A stretch of 64,000 nt of DNA from the human T2T-CHM13v2.0 reference genome, Homo sapiens, in the NCBI RefSeq assembly GCF_009914755.1, contig NC_060936.1. One strand, given 5' to 3'. A program made the position numbers and the translations under genes. Position 1 is the first letter of the stretch; each line of letters begins with the position of its first letter. The notes beneath the pieces were generated by a model that worked only from the letters and a program-made list of their open reading frames with translations, was not told the DNA's origin and made no database searches. Below, piece after piece: positions 35,432 to 51,134 of this stretch.

Positions 35432-36017
35432 GTGTTGTTTACAATTTTGCAACATCTATATTCCATTTACAATCATAAAACAAAACAGTATTGAGGTCCA
35501 GGTAACTTGTGATACACCCAGAAAAAATAATTAAAGATAAGTGGTACATTTTCATGCCTGGTTTATTTTTTCTTTTTCTTAAAATGACAGAATATCCAGC
35601 TCAGTATGAATATTAGGAAACCAGATAAATATATTTCTCACTGGCCTGTTTTGTCCATACCAAGCCTCTAATTGTCAAGATGATTCTGTTGAAAGATTCT
35701 CAATGAGAGGTGGAAAAAAAGAAGTAGGTTTTACTTTTAAGAAAGTTCAACAAATTTTTTCAAATTTTTTGAAATTCAAGAAGTTTTTTCATTATATCTA
35801 GCCAATCTATTTATTATAAATAATATTTTTTATTTGCGAATTTCATAGCAGTTGTTTAAAAGCTTTTACTTTGAGGTAATTATATCACCAGTGGCAGCAA
35901 AGAAATAACAGAGAAATTCTGTTCAGTCTTCCTCCAGCATCCCCCAATGTCAATATCTTCCACAACTACAGTACAGTCTCAAAATCAAGAAATAGATATT
36001 GGTGCAATCTATAGAGC

Positions 36018-36019
<2 letters not shown>

Positions 36020-36048
<29 letters not shown>

Positions 36049-36332
36049 TGAGACAGGGTCTCAATCTGTAACTCAAGCTGAAGTGCAGTAGTGTGATCAC
36101 AGCTCACTACAGCCTTGACCTCCTAGGCTCCAGTGATCCTCCCACCTCAGCCTCCCAAGTAGCTGGGATTACAGGCATGTGCCACCTGGCTAATTTTTTT
36201 TAAAAAACCTTTTGTAAAGATGGGATCTCCCTGTGTTGCTCAGGCTGGTCTTGAACTCCTGGGCTCAAGTGATCATCCTGCCCCAGCCTCCCAAAGTGCT
36301 GGGATTATAGGCGTGAACCACTGCACCCAGCC
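36020..36332 (-). mobile_element. AluJ
   Basis: TSD ctatagagcttattta; (TTTA)n tail. Confidence 0.95.
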
Positions 36333-36700
36333 CTATAGAGCTTATTTAAATTTCACCAGTTATACATATACTTGTGTGTGTGTGTGTGTAGCTCTATGCA
36401 ATTTTAGTACATGTAGAAACTTGTATAACCACCACCACAGTCAAGGTATTCAACTGTCCCATCCCCACAAGACTCTATCATGTCATCACTTTATAGCCAC
36501 ATCAATCTCCTCTCTCTCATTCTAACCCATGGCAACCACTATTCTGTTCTCCATCTCTATTATTATGTTATTTCATGAATGGTTAGTAAATGGAATCATC
36601 CAATATATACCCTTTGAGTTTGGCTGTTTTTACTCAGCATAATTTTTTTGAGGTTCTTCCAAGATATATATATCAGAAGTTTGTTTCTTTTTTGATACAG

Positions 36701-38317
36701 AGATGAGTGATGTCAGTAAGACGGCCAATTAGAAGCCCGTAGCACTCACTCTCCAGTGGGGTCAAGGTGGAATCACCCCACTTACCCTTCCCTCTCAATC
36801 TTTGGGCCAGAGCTGAAGTTTTGTAGTCCCTCCTGGGGAAATGCTTTGGCAGAACTCCGTCTACCTCTTTCAGCTGTGGCTGCCCCTGCCCCATGGCCTG
36901 AACTGAAACTGTGCACTGCTTCCTACAGGAACAGTGCTGTGGAGCCCTGCATCCCAGGGATAGTCACAACCCCCCTCCACCCCAGCTGGAATGGCACCAT
37001 GCTCTGCTGGAGAATTGGAGCCTTGGACAAGCTGAGCAGTAGAACATCTCAAGACTGGGCTGATATAGTACCCTGAATCCCAGGGTGGCAAAGCAGTGTG
37101 GCTGAACTAAGACACTCCACGCTACAGTTCTACAGACTAAGCAACTCTAGTACCCTGCTTTCCTGGAGCTGGACTAGCCCCCTAGAGTCTGAGCTGCTGA
37201 GTTACTACTCTCCCTGGGGAGGTGGAGTCATTGCTGTGCTGTTCCCTGCCCCCCAGAGCCCAAATGACAGCCATAATCAGCCATTCAGAAGTACTTGCTG
37301 CCACTGCACCTGATGTCACAGAGTCTGGGATACTGCCAAGCCTCACCATCTCAGGGCCTACAGTCACCACTACATAGTGCCTTATCCCTAGGAACCCAAG
37401 TTGCTATTAAGTCCTATTGACTCTGGCTCCTGAATTATAGCTGACCCTACAGCCTAGGCTCAAACTCCAGAGTACTCCTTCTTTGGAGTCAGGCCAGGGC
37501 TGTGCCCTGCCCCTCAAGGGTAGAATCACAGCTACAACCCCAACCCCCTGGCCCCAAGCTGCTAGGGGATGTCTCAGAGTCACAGATCCTAGCACTGTGG
37601 GCAATCTACATTCAACCCTGCCACAGACAGCAAACCTGCACCACAAGATTCAGGTGCCATAATAGGTTTGCAAGAACCTGAGCCTATGACCCTAGCCCAA
37701 GACCTACTGCATCTGAAATCCAGTGCCACTGAAGCTGCTTGCAGGGCCATCAGTCCTGACACCAAGAGGGATCCCCTTGGCTAAGTCTCCATTGTGGTGA
37801 AAATGAGAATAGGAGGACCCCAAAAGCCCTTGACAGCAAGGACATTAACAACCTACACCACTGCTACTGCCACTGCCACTGCCACTGCCACTGCCACTGC
37901 CACTACCACAACCACAAACTTCTATAGCCTAGGCCACTGTGACATTCAGAGTTATTGCTGACATTGAATGCAGCTGAAGAAGCTGATTGGAGATTATACC
38001 ACTGCACCTATCTGGAAACGGAGTTACCACACCCCTCCCAACTGGCCCACTAAAACCTAATGCAGGTAAAAGTCTTTCTCTGTGAAAGCCACTCTAGAAA
38101 TTTTGGAAGAGGTGATTGTTCTGCCAGGTGCACAGACATCAACAAAGAAGCATGAAACAACAAGGAAATGGCACACTACCAAAGGAACATAACTTTCTAC
38201 TAACAGACCCCAATGAATAGGAAATCAATAAATTTCCAGGAAAGGAATTCAAAGTAATGATTATAAGGGAACTCAATGAGATGCAAAAAGATACAAGTAG
38301 ACAATTCAATGAAATCA
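36701..38317 (+). mobile_element. Isolated L1 5'UTR plus ORF1 start (L1MA/PB-type), no ORF2 or 3'UTR
   Basis: Starts gagtgatgtcagtaagacggcc (L1 5' terminus with YY1-like site); ends in ORF1 N-terminus (PGKEFKVMIIRELNEMQKDTSRQFNEI). Confidence 0.8.
37858..37908 (+). repeat. (CCACTG)n hexamer microsatellite
   Basis: About 8 units inside the L1 5'UTR. Confidence 0.95.
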
Positions 38318-38607
38318 ATGGTTCGTTCATTTTATCTTGCTGAGTAGTATTCCATCGCATGGACATACCAAAGTTTGTTTAATCATTTATTCATTAAAGG
38401 ACATTTGGATAGTTTACAGTTTGGGGCCATTAGAAATAAAGCTGTTATGAGCATGTGTGTAAAAGTTCTTGTGCGGAAATTACATATCTCTGGGATATAC
38501 AACCAAGAATGTACTGCTGGATTGTTTGGTAAATCCATTTTTTCCATATGTTTAAGATATGACTTATCTATGACATATATCCCAGAGATATGACAGGAGT
38601 TGCCAGG

Positions 38608-38958
38608 CGGTATGGTCTGACTGTGTCCCCTGCAAATTCATATGCTGAAATCCTTACTCCCAAGGTGATGGTATTAGGAGGTGGGACCTTTGGGAGGTGA
38701 TTAGATAGATCATGATGGCAAAGCCTTTATGAATGGGATTAGTGCCCTTATAAAAGAGACCCCAGAGAGCTAATTTGCCCCTTCTGCCATGTGAGGACAC
38801 AGTGAAAAGGCAGCCATCTATGAACTCTCACCAGACACCAAATCTGCTGGTGCCTTGATATTGGACTTCCCAGGCTACAAAACTGTAAAAAAAAATTTCC
38901 ATTGTTTGTAATTTACTCAGTCTATGCTGTTTTGTTATAGCAGCCTGAAAATAATATG
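38608..38958 (+). mobile_element. MLT1A0/MSTD-like solo LTR
   Basis: aaattcatatgctgaaatcc...gggattagtgcccttataaaagagaccccagagagc. Confidence 0.88.
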
Positions 38959-40279
38959 TTGGGCTATTATTCAGACTAGCTGTAATATTTCATTGTAGTT
39001 TTAATTTGCATTTCTCTAATGGCTATTGATGTTGAGCATCTTTTCACGTGTTTATTTGCCACTCATATATCCTCTTGGTGAAATGTTTGTGAGCATCTTT
39101 CTGTGTCAGTGTCCAATTTTCTAGCGGGATTATTTATTTTTTATGTTGAATTTTCAGAGTTGTTTATACATTCTAGGTAAGAGGCCTTTGTCTGATAAGT
39201 GATTTGCAAATATTTTCTTTCAGTCTGTAATTTGTCTTTTCATCCTTTCAACAGGGATTTAAAAAAATTTTTTTTGCAGAGCAAAAGTTTTTTATTTTAA
39301 TGAGGTAAAATTTATCTATTTTTCCTCTTGTGAATTGTAATTTTGGTCTCAAATCTAGGAACTCTTTACTTAGTCCTAGGTCTCAAGGATTTGCTCCTGT
39401 GTTCTTTCACAGAATTTTATAGTTTTGCATTTTACATTTGAGATCATGATCCATTTTAAGTTAATTTTTGCCTAAGGTGTGAGGTCAAGGTTAAAGTTCT
39501 TTTTTCTTTTTCCAATGAATGTCCATTTACTCCTACATCATTGGCTGAGAAAGGCTATCCCTCCTACATTGAATTGCCTTTGTTCCCTTATCAAAAATTA
39601 ACTGGGTGTATTTGTGTGGGTGTATTTCTGTTCCATTGATCTGTCTTTCCCTCTTTCAGTATCACACTCTCTTGATTACTGTGATCAATTTTTAATAGCT
39701 GTATTTTTAGGTGATACATATATATAAATATATATCACCTAAAATATAGTATATAAAAATACACTGTATATTAAATATATATATATATTTAACTTTTATT
39801 TTAGGTTCAAGGATACATGTGTAGGTTTTGTTATACAGGAAAACTGCATGTCACAGGGATTTGGGGTCCAAATTATTTATTCAGATAATAAGCATAATGC
39901 CTGGTAGGTAGTTTTTTATCTTCTCCCTCCTCCCACTTTCCACCCTCAAGTAGGCCCCAGTATCTATTGTACCCTTTTTGTGTCCATGTGTTCTTATTGT
40001 TTAGCTCCCGCTTACAAATGAGAATGTGAAATATTTGGTTTTCTGTTCCTGCATTAGTTTGCTTAGGATAATGGCCTTCAGCTCCATCCATGTTGCTGCA
40101 AAGGATATGATCTCATTCTTTTTTGTGGCTACACAGTATTCCATGATGTATATGTACCACATTTTCTTTATCCAGTCTACCATTGATAAGTTCATTCCAT
40201 GTCTTTGCTATTGTGAATACTGCTGCAATAAACATATGCATATATGTGTCTTTATGGCAGAATGATTTCTATTCCTTTG

Positions 40280-42574
40280 GGTATTAGTCTGTTCTCATAC
40301 TGCTAATAAAGACATACTGAGGCTGGGTAATTCATAAAGAAAAAGAGATTTAATGGACTCACAGTTCCACATGGCTGGGGAGGCCTCACAATCATGGCGG
40401 AAGGTGAAGCAGGAGCAAAGGCATGTCTTACATGGCAGCAGGCAAGAAGGCATGTGCAGGGGAACCGCCCTTTATAAAACCATCAGATCTCATGAGACTT
40501 ATTCACTATCATGAGAACAGCATGGGAAAAACCTGCCCCATGATTCAATTACCTCCCACCAGGTCCCTCCCATGACATGTGGGGATTATGGAAGCTACAA
40601 TTCAAGATGGCATTTGGGTGGGGACACAGCCAAACCATATCATTCTGCCTCTGGCCCCTCCCAAATCTCATGTCCTCAGATTCCAAAACTAATCATGCCT
40701 TCCCAACAGTCCCCCAAAGTCTTAACTCATTTCAGCATTAACTCAAAAGCCACAGTCCAAAGTCTCTTCTGAGACAAGGTAAGTCCCTCCCAACTATGAG
40801 CCTGTAAAGTCAAAGGCAAGTCAGTTACTTCCTAGATACAATGGGGGTACAGGCATTGGGTAAATACACCCATTCCAAAGGGGAGAAATTGGCTAAAACG
40901 AAGGGGCTATAGGCCCCATGCAAGTCTGAAATCCAATGGGGCAGTCAAATCTTAAAGCTCCAAAATGATCTCCTTTGACTCTGTGTCTCACATCCAGGTC
41001 ACACTGATACAAGAGGTGGGCTCCCATGGCCTTGGGCAGCTCCACCCCTGTGGCTTTACAAGTTATAGTTCCCTTCCCTGCTGCTTTCACAGGCTGGCAT
41101 TGAGTGCCTGCAGCTTTTCCATGCACACGATGCAAGCTGCCAGTGAATCTACCATTCTGGGGTCTGGAGGACTATGGCCCTCTTCTCACAGCTCCACTAG
41201 GGAGTGCCCCAGTGGGGACGCTGTGTGGGGGCTCCAGCCCCACATTTCCCTTCTGCACTGCCCTCACAGAGGTTCTCCATGAAGGTTCCACCCCTGCAGC
41301 ACACTTCTGCCTGGACACCCAGGCATTTCTATACATCCTCTGAAATCTAGGTGGAGGTTCCCAAATCTCAATTCTTGCCTTCTCTGCACCCACAGGCCCA
41401 ACACCACATGTCAGCCACCAAGCCTTGGGGCTTGCACCCTCTGAAGCAATGGCTTGAGTTTTATGTTGGCCCTTTTTAGCCATGGCTGTAGCTGAAGCAG
41501 CTGGGACTCAGGGCACCATGTCCCTAGGCTGCACACAGCAGGGGAGCCTGGCCAAGTCCATGAAGCCATTTTTTCCTCCTAGGCCTCCAGATCTATGATA
41601 GAAGGTGGCTACCGCAAAGGTCTTTGACATGCCCTGGAGACATTTTCCCCTTTGTCTTGGTGATTAACTTTCAACTCTTTGTTATTTATGCAAATTTCTG
41701 CAGCAGGCTTGAATTTCTCCCCCAAAAAATAGGTCTTTCTTTTCTACTGCATCATCAGGCTGCAAATTTTCAAACTTTTATGCTCTGCTTCCTCTTGAAT
41801 GCTTTGCTGCTTAGAATTTCTTCCACCAGATACTCTAAATCATCTCTCTCAAGTTCAAAGTTCCACACTTCTGTAGGGCAGGGGCAAAATGTCACCAGTC
41901 TCTTTGCTAAAGCATAACAAGAGTCACCTTTGCTCCAGTTCCCAACAACTTCATCATCTCCATCTGAGACCACCTCAGCCTGAACTTTATTTTCCATATC
42001 ACTATCAGCATTTTGGTCAAAGCCATTCAACAAGTCTCTAGGAAGTTCCAAACTTTCCCACATTTTCCTGTTTTCTGAGCCATCCAAGTCTCTAGGAAGT
42101 TCCAAACTTTCCCACTCCAAACTGTTCCAACCTTTGCCTGTTACCCAGTTCCAAAGTTGCTTTCACATTTTTGGGTATCTTTACAGCAGTGCCCCACTCC
42201 CAGTATCAATTTACCTTATTAGTCCATTATGCTGCTAATAAAGACATACCTGAGACTGGGTTATTTATAAAGAAACAGGTTTAATGGACTCACAGTTCCA
42301 TATGGCTGGGCAGGCCTCACAATCGTGGCAGAAGGCAAAGGAGGAGCAAAGGCACATCTTACATGGTGGCAGGCAGGAGAGCATGTGCAGGGGAGCTGTC
42401 CTTTATAAAACCATCAGATCTCATGGGACTTATTCACTATCATGAGAACAGCATGGGAAAAACCTGCCCCCATGATTCAATTGCCTCCCACTTGGTCCCG
42501 CCCAAGACAGGTGGAGATTATGGGAGCTACAATTCAAGATGATATTTGGCTGGGGACACAGCCAAACCTCATCA
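40280..42574 (-). mobile_element. Complete THE1D-like MaLR provirus: LTRs 40280-40642 and 42215-42574, internal about 1.57 kb
   Basis: Two homologous approximately 360-bp THE1 LTRs flanking THE1-int sequence. Confidence 0.93.
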
Positions 42575-42871
42575 AGTATATACCCAATAATTGCATTGCT
42601 AGGTTGAATGGTAATTTTGTTTTGAGTTCTTTGAGGAATTATGGCACTGCTTTCCACAATGGCTGAACTAATTTACATTCCCACCAGCTGTGTATAAGTA
42701 TATCCTTTTCTCTGCAATCTCACCAGCATCTGTTATTTTTTCTTTTTTAATAACAGCCATTCTGACTGGTATGAGATAGTATCTCATTGTGGTTTTGATT
42801 TGGATTTCTTCAATAACTGGTGATGAACATTTTTTCATATACTTGTTGGATGCATGTATGTCTTCTTTTGA

Positions 42872-43161
<290 letters not shown>

Positions 43162-43633
43162 TTCTTTGCCCACTTTTTAATGGGGTTGTTTTTGCTTATA
43201 GATTTTAGTATTGTATAGACTCTGGATATTAGACTTTTGTCAGATGCGTAGCTTGCAAATATTTTCTCTCATGCTGTAGGTTGTCTGTTTACTCTGTTGA
43301 TAGTTTATTTTGCTATGTAGAAGCTATTTAGTTTAGTTAGGTCCCATTTGTTAATGTTTGTTTTTGTTGCAATTGCTTTTGATGTCTTCATCATGAAATC
43401 TTTGTCAGGTCCTGTGCCCAGAATGTTATTTCCTATGTTATCTTCCAGGGCTTTTATAGTTTTTGGTTTTACATTTAAGTCGTTAATCCATCTTGAGTCT
43501 ATTTTTGTATATAGTGTAAGAAATGGGTACAGTTTCAGTATTCTGCATATGGCTCTCCAGTTATCTCAGCACCATTTATTGAATAGGAAGTCCTCTCCCC
43601 ATTGTTTGTTTTTGTCAAGTTTGTCAAAGATTA

Positions 43634-44059
<426 letters not shown>

Positions 44060-44102
44060 TAGTTAGTTTTAAGTCAGGTAGCATGATGCCTCCAGCTTTG
44101 TC

Positions 44103-44412
<310 letters not shown>

Positions 44413-46955
44413 CCTAGGTTTCTTCTTTTTGCTTAGGATTGCCTTGGCTATTCAGGCCCCTTTTTGGTTCCATATGAATTTTTAAATGTTTTTTCCTCAC
44501 TCTGTGATGAGTGTTATTGGTAGCTTGATACAAATAACATTCAATTTGTAAATTGCTTTGAGCAGTATGACCATCTTAACAATACTGATTCTTCCTATCC
44601 ATGAGCATGGAATGTTTTTTTCATTTATTTTTGTCATCTCTGATTTCTTTGAGCAGTGTTTTGTAATTCTCATTATAAAGCTCTTTCACCTCCCTGGTTA
44701 GCTGTATTCCTATGTATTTTATTCTTTTTGTGGCTATTGTGAATGGTGTTATGTTCTTGATTTGGTTCTCTGCTTGGATGTTGTTGGTGTATAGAAAGGC
44801 TACTGATTTTTGTACATTGATTTTGTATCCTGAAACTTTGCTGAAGTTATCAGATCTAGGAGCTTTTGGGTAGAGACTATGGGGTTTTTTAGGTATAGAT
44901 CATATTGTCTGCAGAGATAGTTTGACTTCTTCTCTTCCTATTTAGATGCCTTTTATTTCTTTCTCTTGCCTGATTGCTCTGGCTAGGACTTTCAGTACTA
45001 TGTGAATAGAGGTGGTGAGAGTGGGCATCCTTGGCTTGCTGTGGTTCTCAAAGGGAATGCTTCTAGCTTTTGCCTATTCAGTATGATTTTGGCTATGGGT
45101 TTATCATAGATAGCTCTTATTATTTGGAGGTATGTTCTTTCAATGCCTAGAGGATTTTTAACATGAATAAATGTTGAATTTTATCAAAAGCCTTTTCTGC
45201 ATCTATTGAAATGATCATGTGGTTTTTAGTTCTGTTTATATAGTGTATCACATTTATTAATTTGTGTATGTTGAACCAACCGTGCATCCCAGGGATAAAG
45301 CCTACTTGATCATGGTGGGTTAGCTTTTTGATGTGCTGCTGGATTCAGTTTGCTAGTATTTTGTTGAGAATTTTTGCATCTGTGTTCATCAAGGATATTA
45401 GCATGAAGTTTTCTTCTTTTGTTGTGTCTCTGCCAAGTTTTGGTATCAGGATGATGCTGTCATCATACAATGAGTTAGGAATGTGTCCTCCTCCTCAAGT
45501 TTTTGAAGTAGTTTCATTAGGAATGGTACCAGTTCTTTATGCATCTGGTAGAATTCAGCTGTGAATCATCTGGTCCTGGGTCTTTTCTGGTTGGTAGGCT
45601 TTTTATTACTGGTTCAATTTTGGAACTCAATATTGGTCTGTTCAGGGATTCAACTTCTTCCTGGTTAAATCTTGGGAGGTTATGTTTCCAGGAATGTATC
45701 AACCTTTCTTCTGGGTTCTCTAGTTTATGTGTTTCCAGGAATTTATCAACCATTTCTCCTAGGTTTTCTAGTTTGTGTGCATAGAGCTGTTCATAGCAGT
45801 CTCTGAGGGTTTTTTGTATTTCTGTGAGGTTGGTAGTAATGTCCCGTTTGTCATTCTGATTCTGTTTATTTGGATATTTTCTTTTTTTCTTCATTAGTCT
45901 AGCTAGTGGTCTATCAATCTTGTTGATTCTTTCAGAAAAAAAATGCCTGGATTTGCTGATCTTTTTAACGGCTTTTGAGTCTCATTTTTTTTTTCAGTTC
46001 AGCTCTGATTTTGGTTATTTCTTGTCTTCTGCTAGCTTTGGGGTTGGTTTGCTCTTGTTTCTCTAGTTCCTCTAGGTGGGATGTTAGATTGTTAATTTGA
46101 GATCTTTTTAACTTTTTTATATGGGTGTTTAGTGCTATAAACTTTCCTCTGAACACTGTTTCAGCTGTGTCCTAGAGTTTCTGGTATGTTGTATCTTTGT
46201 TCTCATTAGTTTCAAATAATGTATTGATTTCTGCCTTAATTTCATTGTTTACCCAAAAGTCATGCAGGAGCAGGTTGTTTAATTTCCATGTAACTGTATG
46301 GTTTTGAGATAATAACTTGTTTATTGTTTAGAAAGGAGAGCAAACTGGGGATGGGAAGAGGAGAAGCTATCATTTATTTATTGTTTAAATGTGAATGTGC
46401 CATAGTCATCATGGTGTGATTTCAACAAAGCCACAAAGTAGATATTAATATCCTTATCTTCTGTAAGAGGAAGTTGAGTTTCATAGTGTATGAATAACTG
46501 GCCAGAATCATAGAGATTAGTGCAGCTTCTTAACCTTTATTTTGGAGAGGTTGCTTGGGCAAATATCCGTGAGGCATCTGGACCCAAGTTCATATCACTT
46601 GCAGGAACTGTGAACTCTGATGGTGTGAATTCAGCCATGGATAATCTCTTTATGGTAGGATGACTTTGGAAAGAAAAGATATTTATGCAGTTTCCATGGG
46701 TTTCATAATTCTGTATTCTGAATGGTGCCCTGTCTTTGTGTCCCGCTTTGCCATTCAGAGGTGCTTAATTAATTAAGGCCTCATTTGGCCATGTTAACAG
46801 AAAATTATGTTTTTTCTTCTACCAGTACCTTTTTATTTGATGTTCAAAGATTCCAGTGGTGCTTACTCAGTCCAGAGTATCAATCTTGTTTACTCTTACT
46901 GCATACTGAAGCTGGACAGCCCAGACAACTCAGAAAAATGAACTGTTCATTATAA

Positions 46956-47276
<321 letters not shown>

Positions 47277-47808
47277 TGACCCACCACGCCTGGCCTGACC
47301 TCAGTCTTCCTTGAGGAGAGGCCAATACTGCCCTTTCACCAGCCTGGACACAGTTGCTGCTGAAGCATGTAGCTAAATATGGGCAGCCCAGTCAGATGGA
47401 ATAGATTTTCTAGTTTTCTTCTCTGTTGCCAGGATGCTGATGCGTGGTGACCCCAAATCAACCACCCATAGGGCTTCAGACTGAGAATCCCTCTCTTTTA
47501 GCCTGAAAATAGAGATATCAATCCCCCCCCAACAAAGCTGGCCCCTTCCAGATGACTCTTATTTTCTAGTCCTGCCCCTGCCCTAACAGAATCTGGAAGG
47601 GCTCCCTCTTAATGGGGCTCTCAGCCTTACCCAGGCATGGTCCATCAAGATGTAGTTATGACAGGGAAAAACCAAGGCCTGGGTTATCCAGACAGAACTA
47701 CTGAGAAAAAATCTTCCAGAAGCTGCTGAGATGAGAGAAAGACAGGAGTGATTATGGAAAAGACCACCACTCATGAAGCATGTAGTAATATGCCAGGAAC
47801 TGAGACAA

Positions 47809-48381
47809 TGTATTAATAATGACTTTCTGTGTTTCTGTAAGATGTCTGGTTTGACATCTTAGGAGCCCTACTGGCAGGGGAGGGACTGCTCCTTCCAGGG
47901 CTAGTTAATTCCTAGACACAGTAAATAACTTGCCTGGGAAAACACCTTTCATTTGCAACACAACAAATCCAAAGCCACACCCCCAAACCTTTGGGGGTCG
48001 TGGCTATATCTAACTATCACACACCAAGCCAATATTTGTCCTATCCTAAATCACCCCTGGGCCAGGTACCTAACAACTAGAGCCCATCCCTATAGTCCAG
48101 AGTCTGTGGAAATTATTCAAACTAGCAAATTTTAAACTATTTACTGTCTTGCTCCTTCCTTCTCATGGAAATCACAATAAAGTCTTTGAGCCATGCTTTC
48201 CTCCTGCTCCTATGCCTTCTAACTGACCCAGGTGCTTCCACATGTGGTCCTGAGTGGAATGGCATGTACCCTTCTCTAGATAACTGAATTACAATGAAAT
48301 CTTCTTTCAATGACATTAGCCGCTCTCTGCAATCGCTCAGTCATCTCCAAAAGTGAAAATCCTACAAGTACAATCAAGACA
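47809..48381 (+). mobile_element. MER74-family (ERVL) solo LTR inserted into a MIR
   Basis: gagggactgctccttccagggctag...aatcacccctgggccaggtacc...aaattattcaaactagc...aataaa. Confidence 0.75.
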
Positions 48382-48637
48382 CATAGGCACTTTACATATG
48401 TAATCCCATCAAACTCTCACATCTTCTAGGAAACTGAGGCTCATTGAAGACCCTTCACAAGCTCCTACAGTTTTAGTGCAGAGCCAAAATTTAAGCTCAA
48501 GTTTTTTGGACTTTACAGCCTATGCTTTTTAAATTACAACACGACACTGAGTCCCTTGACCCCCCATTTGCCCTGTAAGTCCTCACCCTGGAGGGACTAG
48601 AAATCAAAAGTGTTGGATTATAATTCATCTAGGACCT

Positions 48638-49021
48638 TGCTATGGACTGAATTTTGTCCCCCTTCACTACACCCCCAAATTCATACGTCAAAGTCTTAAC
48701 CCCCTATGTGAATATATTCGAGATGGAGTCTTTAAGTAGGTGATTAAGGTTAAATGAGGTCATAAGAGTGGAGCTCTGATTTAATAGAACTGGTACCCTT
48801 ATAAGAAGAAGAAGAGATTCAGAACTCTTTCTTCACCATAGGAAGATACAGGGAGAAGGTGGCAGTCTGCAAAGCCAGGAAGAGAGCCCTTACAAGAACC
48901 TAATGATGCTAGTTCCGATCTCAGACTTCCAGCCTCTAAAACTGTGAGAAAATTAATTTCTGTTGTTTAAGCCACCCAGTCTGTGGTATTTTGATATGAC
49001 AGCCCTGAGTTGACTAAGATA
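48638..49021 (+). mobile_element. MLT1A-like solo LTR
   Basis: tgctatggactgaat...gtttaagccacccagtctgtggtattttg...gactaagata. Confidence 0.88.
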
Positions 49022-49248
49022 GCCCCTACCTCATTTCTATACCTTGGCCAATCACTTCTCTCTGAACGTTAGTTACTCATATAACCATAAACAGTTTTAT
49101 TTGTAAAGGTACAATTCTCAAATTATTAAGACCAAATCTCAGTTCTGCTTCTGATTCTATTATAGAAAATCACAAAAGGGTGTCAATCTCATGCTAAAAA
49201 TCAAAACAAGCCAGACATAATTTTTTTAAATGCTTCAGAGAACTGAAG

Positions 49249-49360
49249 GTCCAGGTATGGTGGCTACTAGGGCAGCTGAGGCCTGGAGTTCCAGACCAGC
49301 CTGAGCAAGATAGCGAGACTCTTACCTCTATAAGAAAGAAAGAGAGAAAGAAAATAAAGA
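49249..49360 (+). mobile_element. FLAM remnant
   Basis: ggagttccagaccagcctgagcaagatagcgagac plus A-rich tail. Confidence 0.7.
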
Positions 49361-50660
49361 AGGGACTAAAGACACAAAGGAATCTAGAAAGAAAAGAAAC
49401 ACAAACTCCAGAAAGTAGCCCTTATCTAGGAAAGATAAGACCCACAGCTGCTCTCATCACTGGAGCAAGAACAGGTTAGGGGAAAAAAAAAACCATGGAT
49501 GGGAATAATGAGAAATTAGCTAGTTTTTCACCAATATATAATAATGGGCTAGTGAAACAGATTAAATCCCAAAGATACCCAGCCACAGAGCAAGTCTGCA
49601 TCCACTCATTCACTTTTTCCCGTGGGTCATTATACAACAGTAGTAGGTAAAAAGTTAGAAGGAGAGAAGAAAAGTTAAGAGAGATCCCCTGTTGGGGTGT
49701 GTGGAGTCTTCTGCAAGTTCATAGCTCTTTCTGGAGGCAAGGGAACAGGGAAGACGAGTGGAGAGAAATCCATCAGACGTACTCTAATGTCCAACTGTGA
49801 AAGTTGAGATAGGTCAGGAATCCTCACAAGCAATGCAGGCATTCAACTACCAAAGCCTAAAGACTTAGTAGGAAAGCTAAGAAACTCCTCTGAAACATTC
49901 TGGACCTTCATGGAGAGCAGAGAAGCTGTCCTCCAAAGGCCAGAGGGTGAGCAGCAAGGCTTCAAGAGACCTCTACACACACAAACAGGAGACTAGACTG
50001 AAAAACAAAGAAAACTCCCAGTAACCCATAACCTGACAGCTTGGCTGTGAAGCAGGAAGAGATTCCCCCAGGTGACATGGCTGGGAAGCACAGATGGATC
50101 TCTAGGATGTTGTTAATTCTCAGATCCCAGGCTCTGCTGAAGAGAAGCCCTCATTCTACTCCATAACACTTGAAGTCAGTGGTGAACAGAAACTAACTAA
50201 AACCACAACACAGTCAAACACAGCTCAACTACACATCAGATAGACTTAGTTCCATGCCAATAGCCTGACACAGAAGAGGAAGTGGATCTGGAGATGGTCT
50301 TTAATGGAAATCACCACCAAGAAAGAAATTTTTTTTTGAGATTACAGTTTTATCTCTTGTTTACTAAATGTAAATTGTGTGTTTGCATGTATGCATATAT
50401 ATGTGTGTGTATATATCCATATGCAAAAAAAAAAACTTGGGTCTATACATTGCACCATTTCACCATACATAAAAATTAACCCAAAATGGATCATAAACCT
50501 AAATGTGAAACATAAATCTATAAAACTTCTTAAAACAAACATAGTAGAAAATCTTTGGACCTTGGGTTGGGCAAAAATTTCTTAGATACAGCACCAAAAG
50601 CACAACCCATAAAAACAAATCAATAAATTGGACTTCATCAAAATTGAAAACTATTCTTCA

Positions 50661-51134
<474 letters not shown>

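Larger units (their letters stand above)
35860..39690 (-). mobile_element. Old L1 (L1MC/MD-like) 3' region hosting AluJ, an inverted L1 5' end and MLT1A
   Basis: Antisense L1 3'UTR/ORF2 text resumes across each insert. Confidence 0.78.

Noticed and set aside
42031-42114. Repeated 30-mer caagtctctaggaagttccaaactttccca
   Set aside because: As I recall this duplication is a common feature of THE1 internal sequences, not locus-specific
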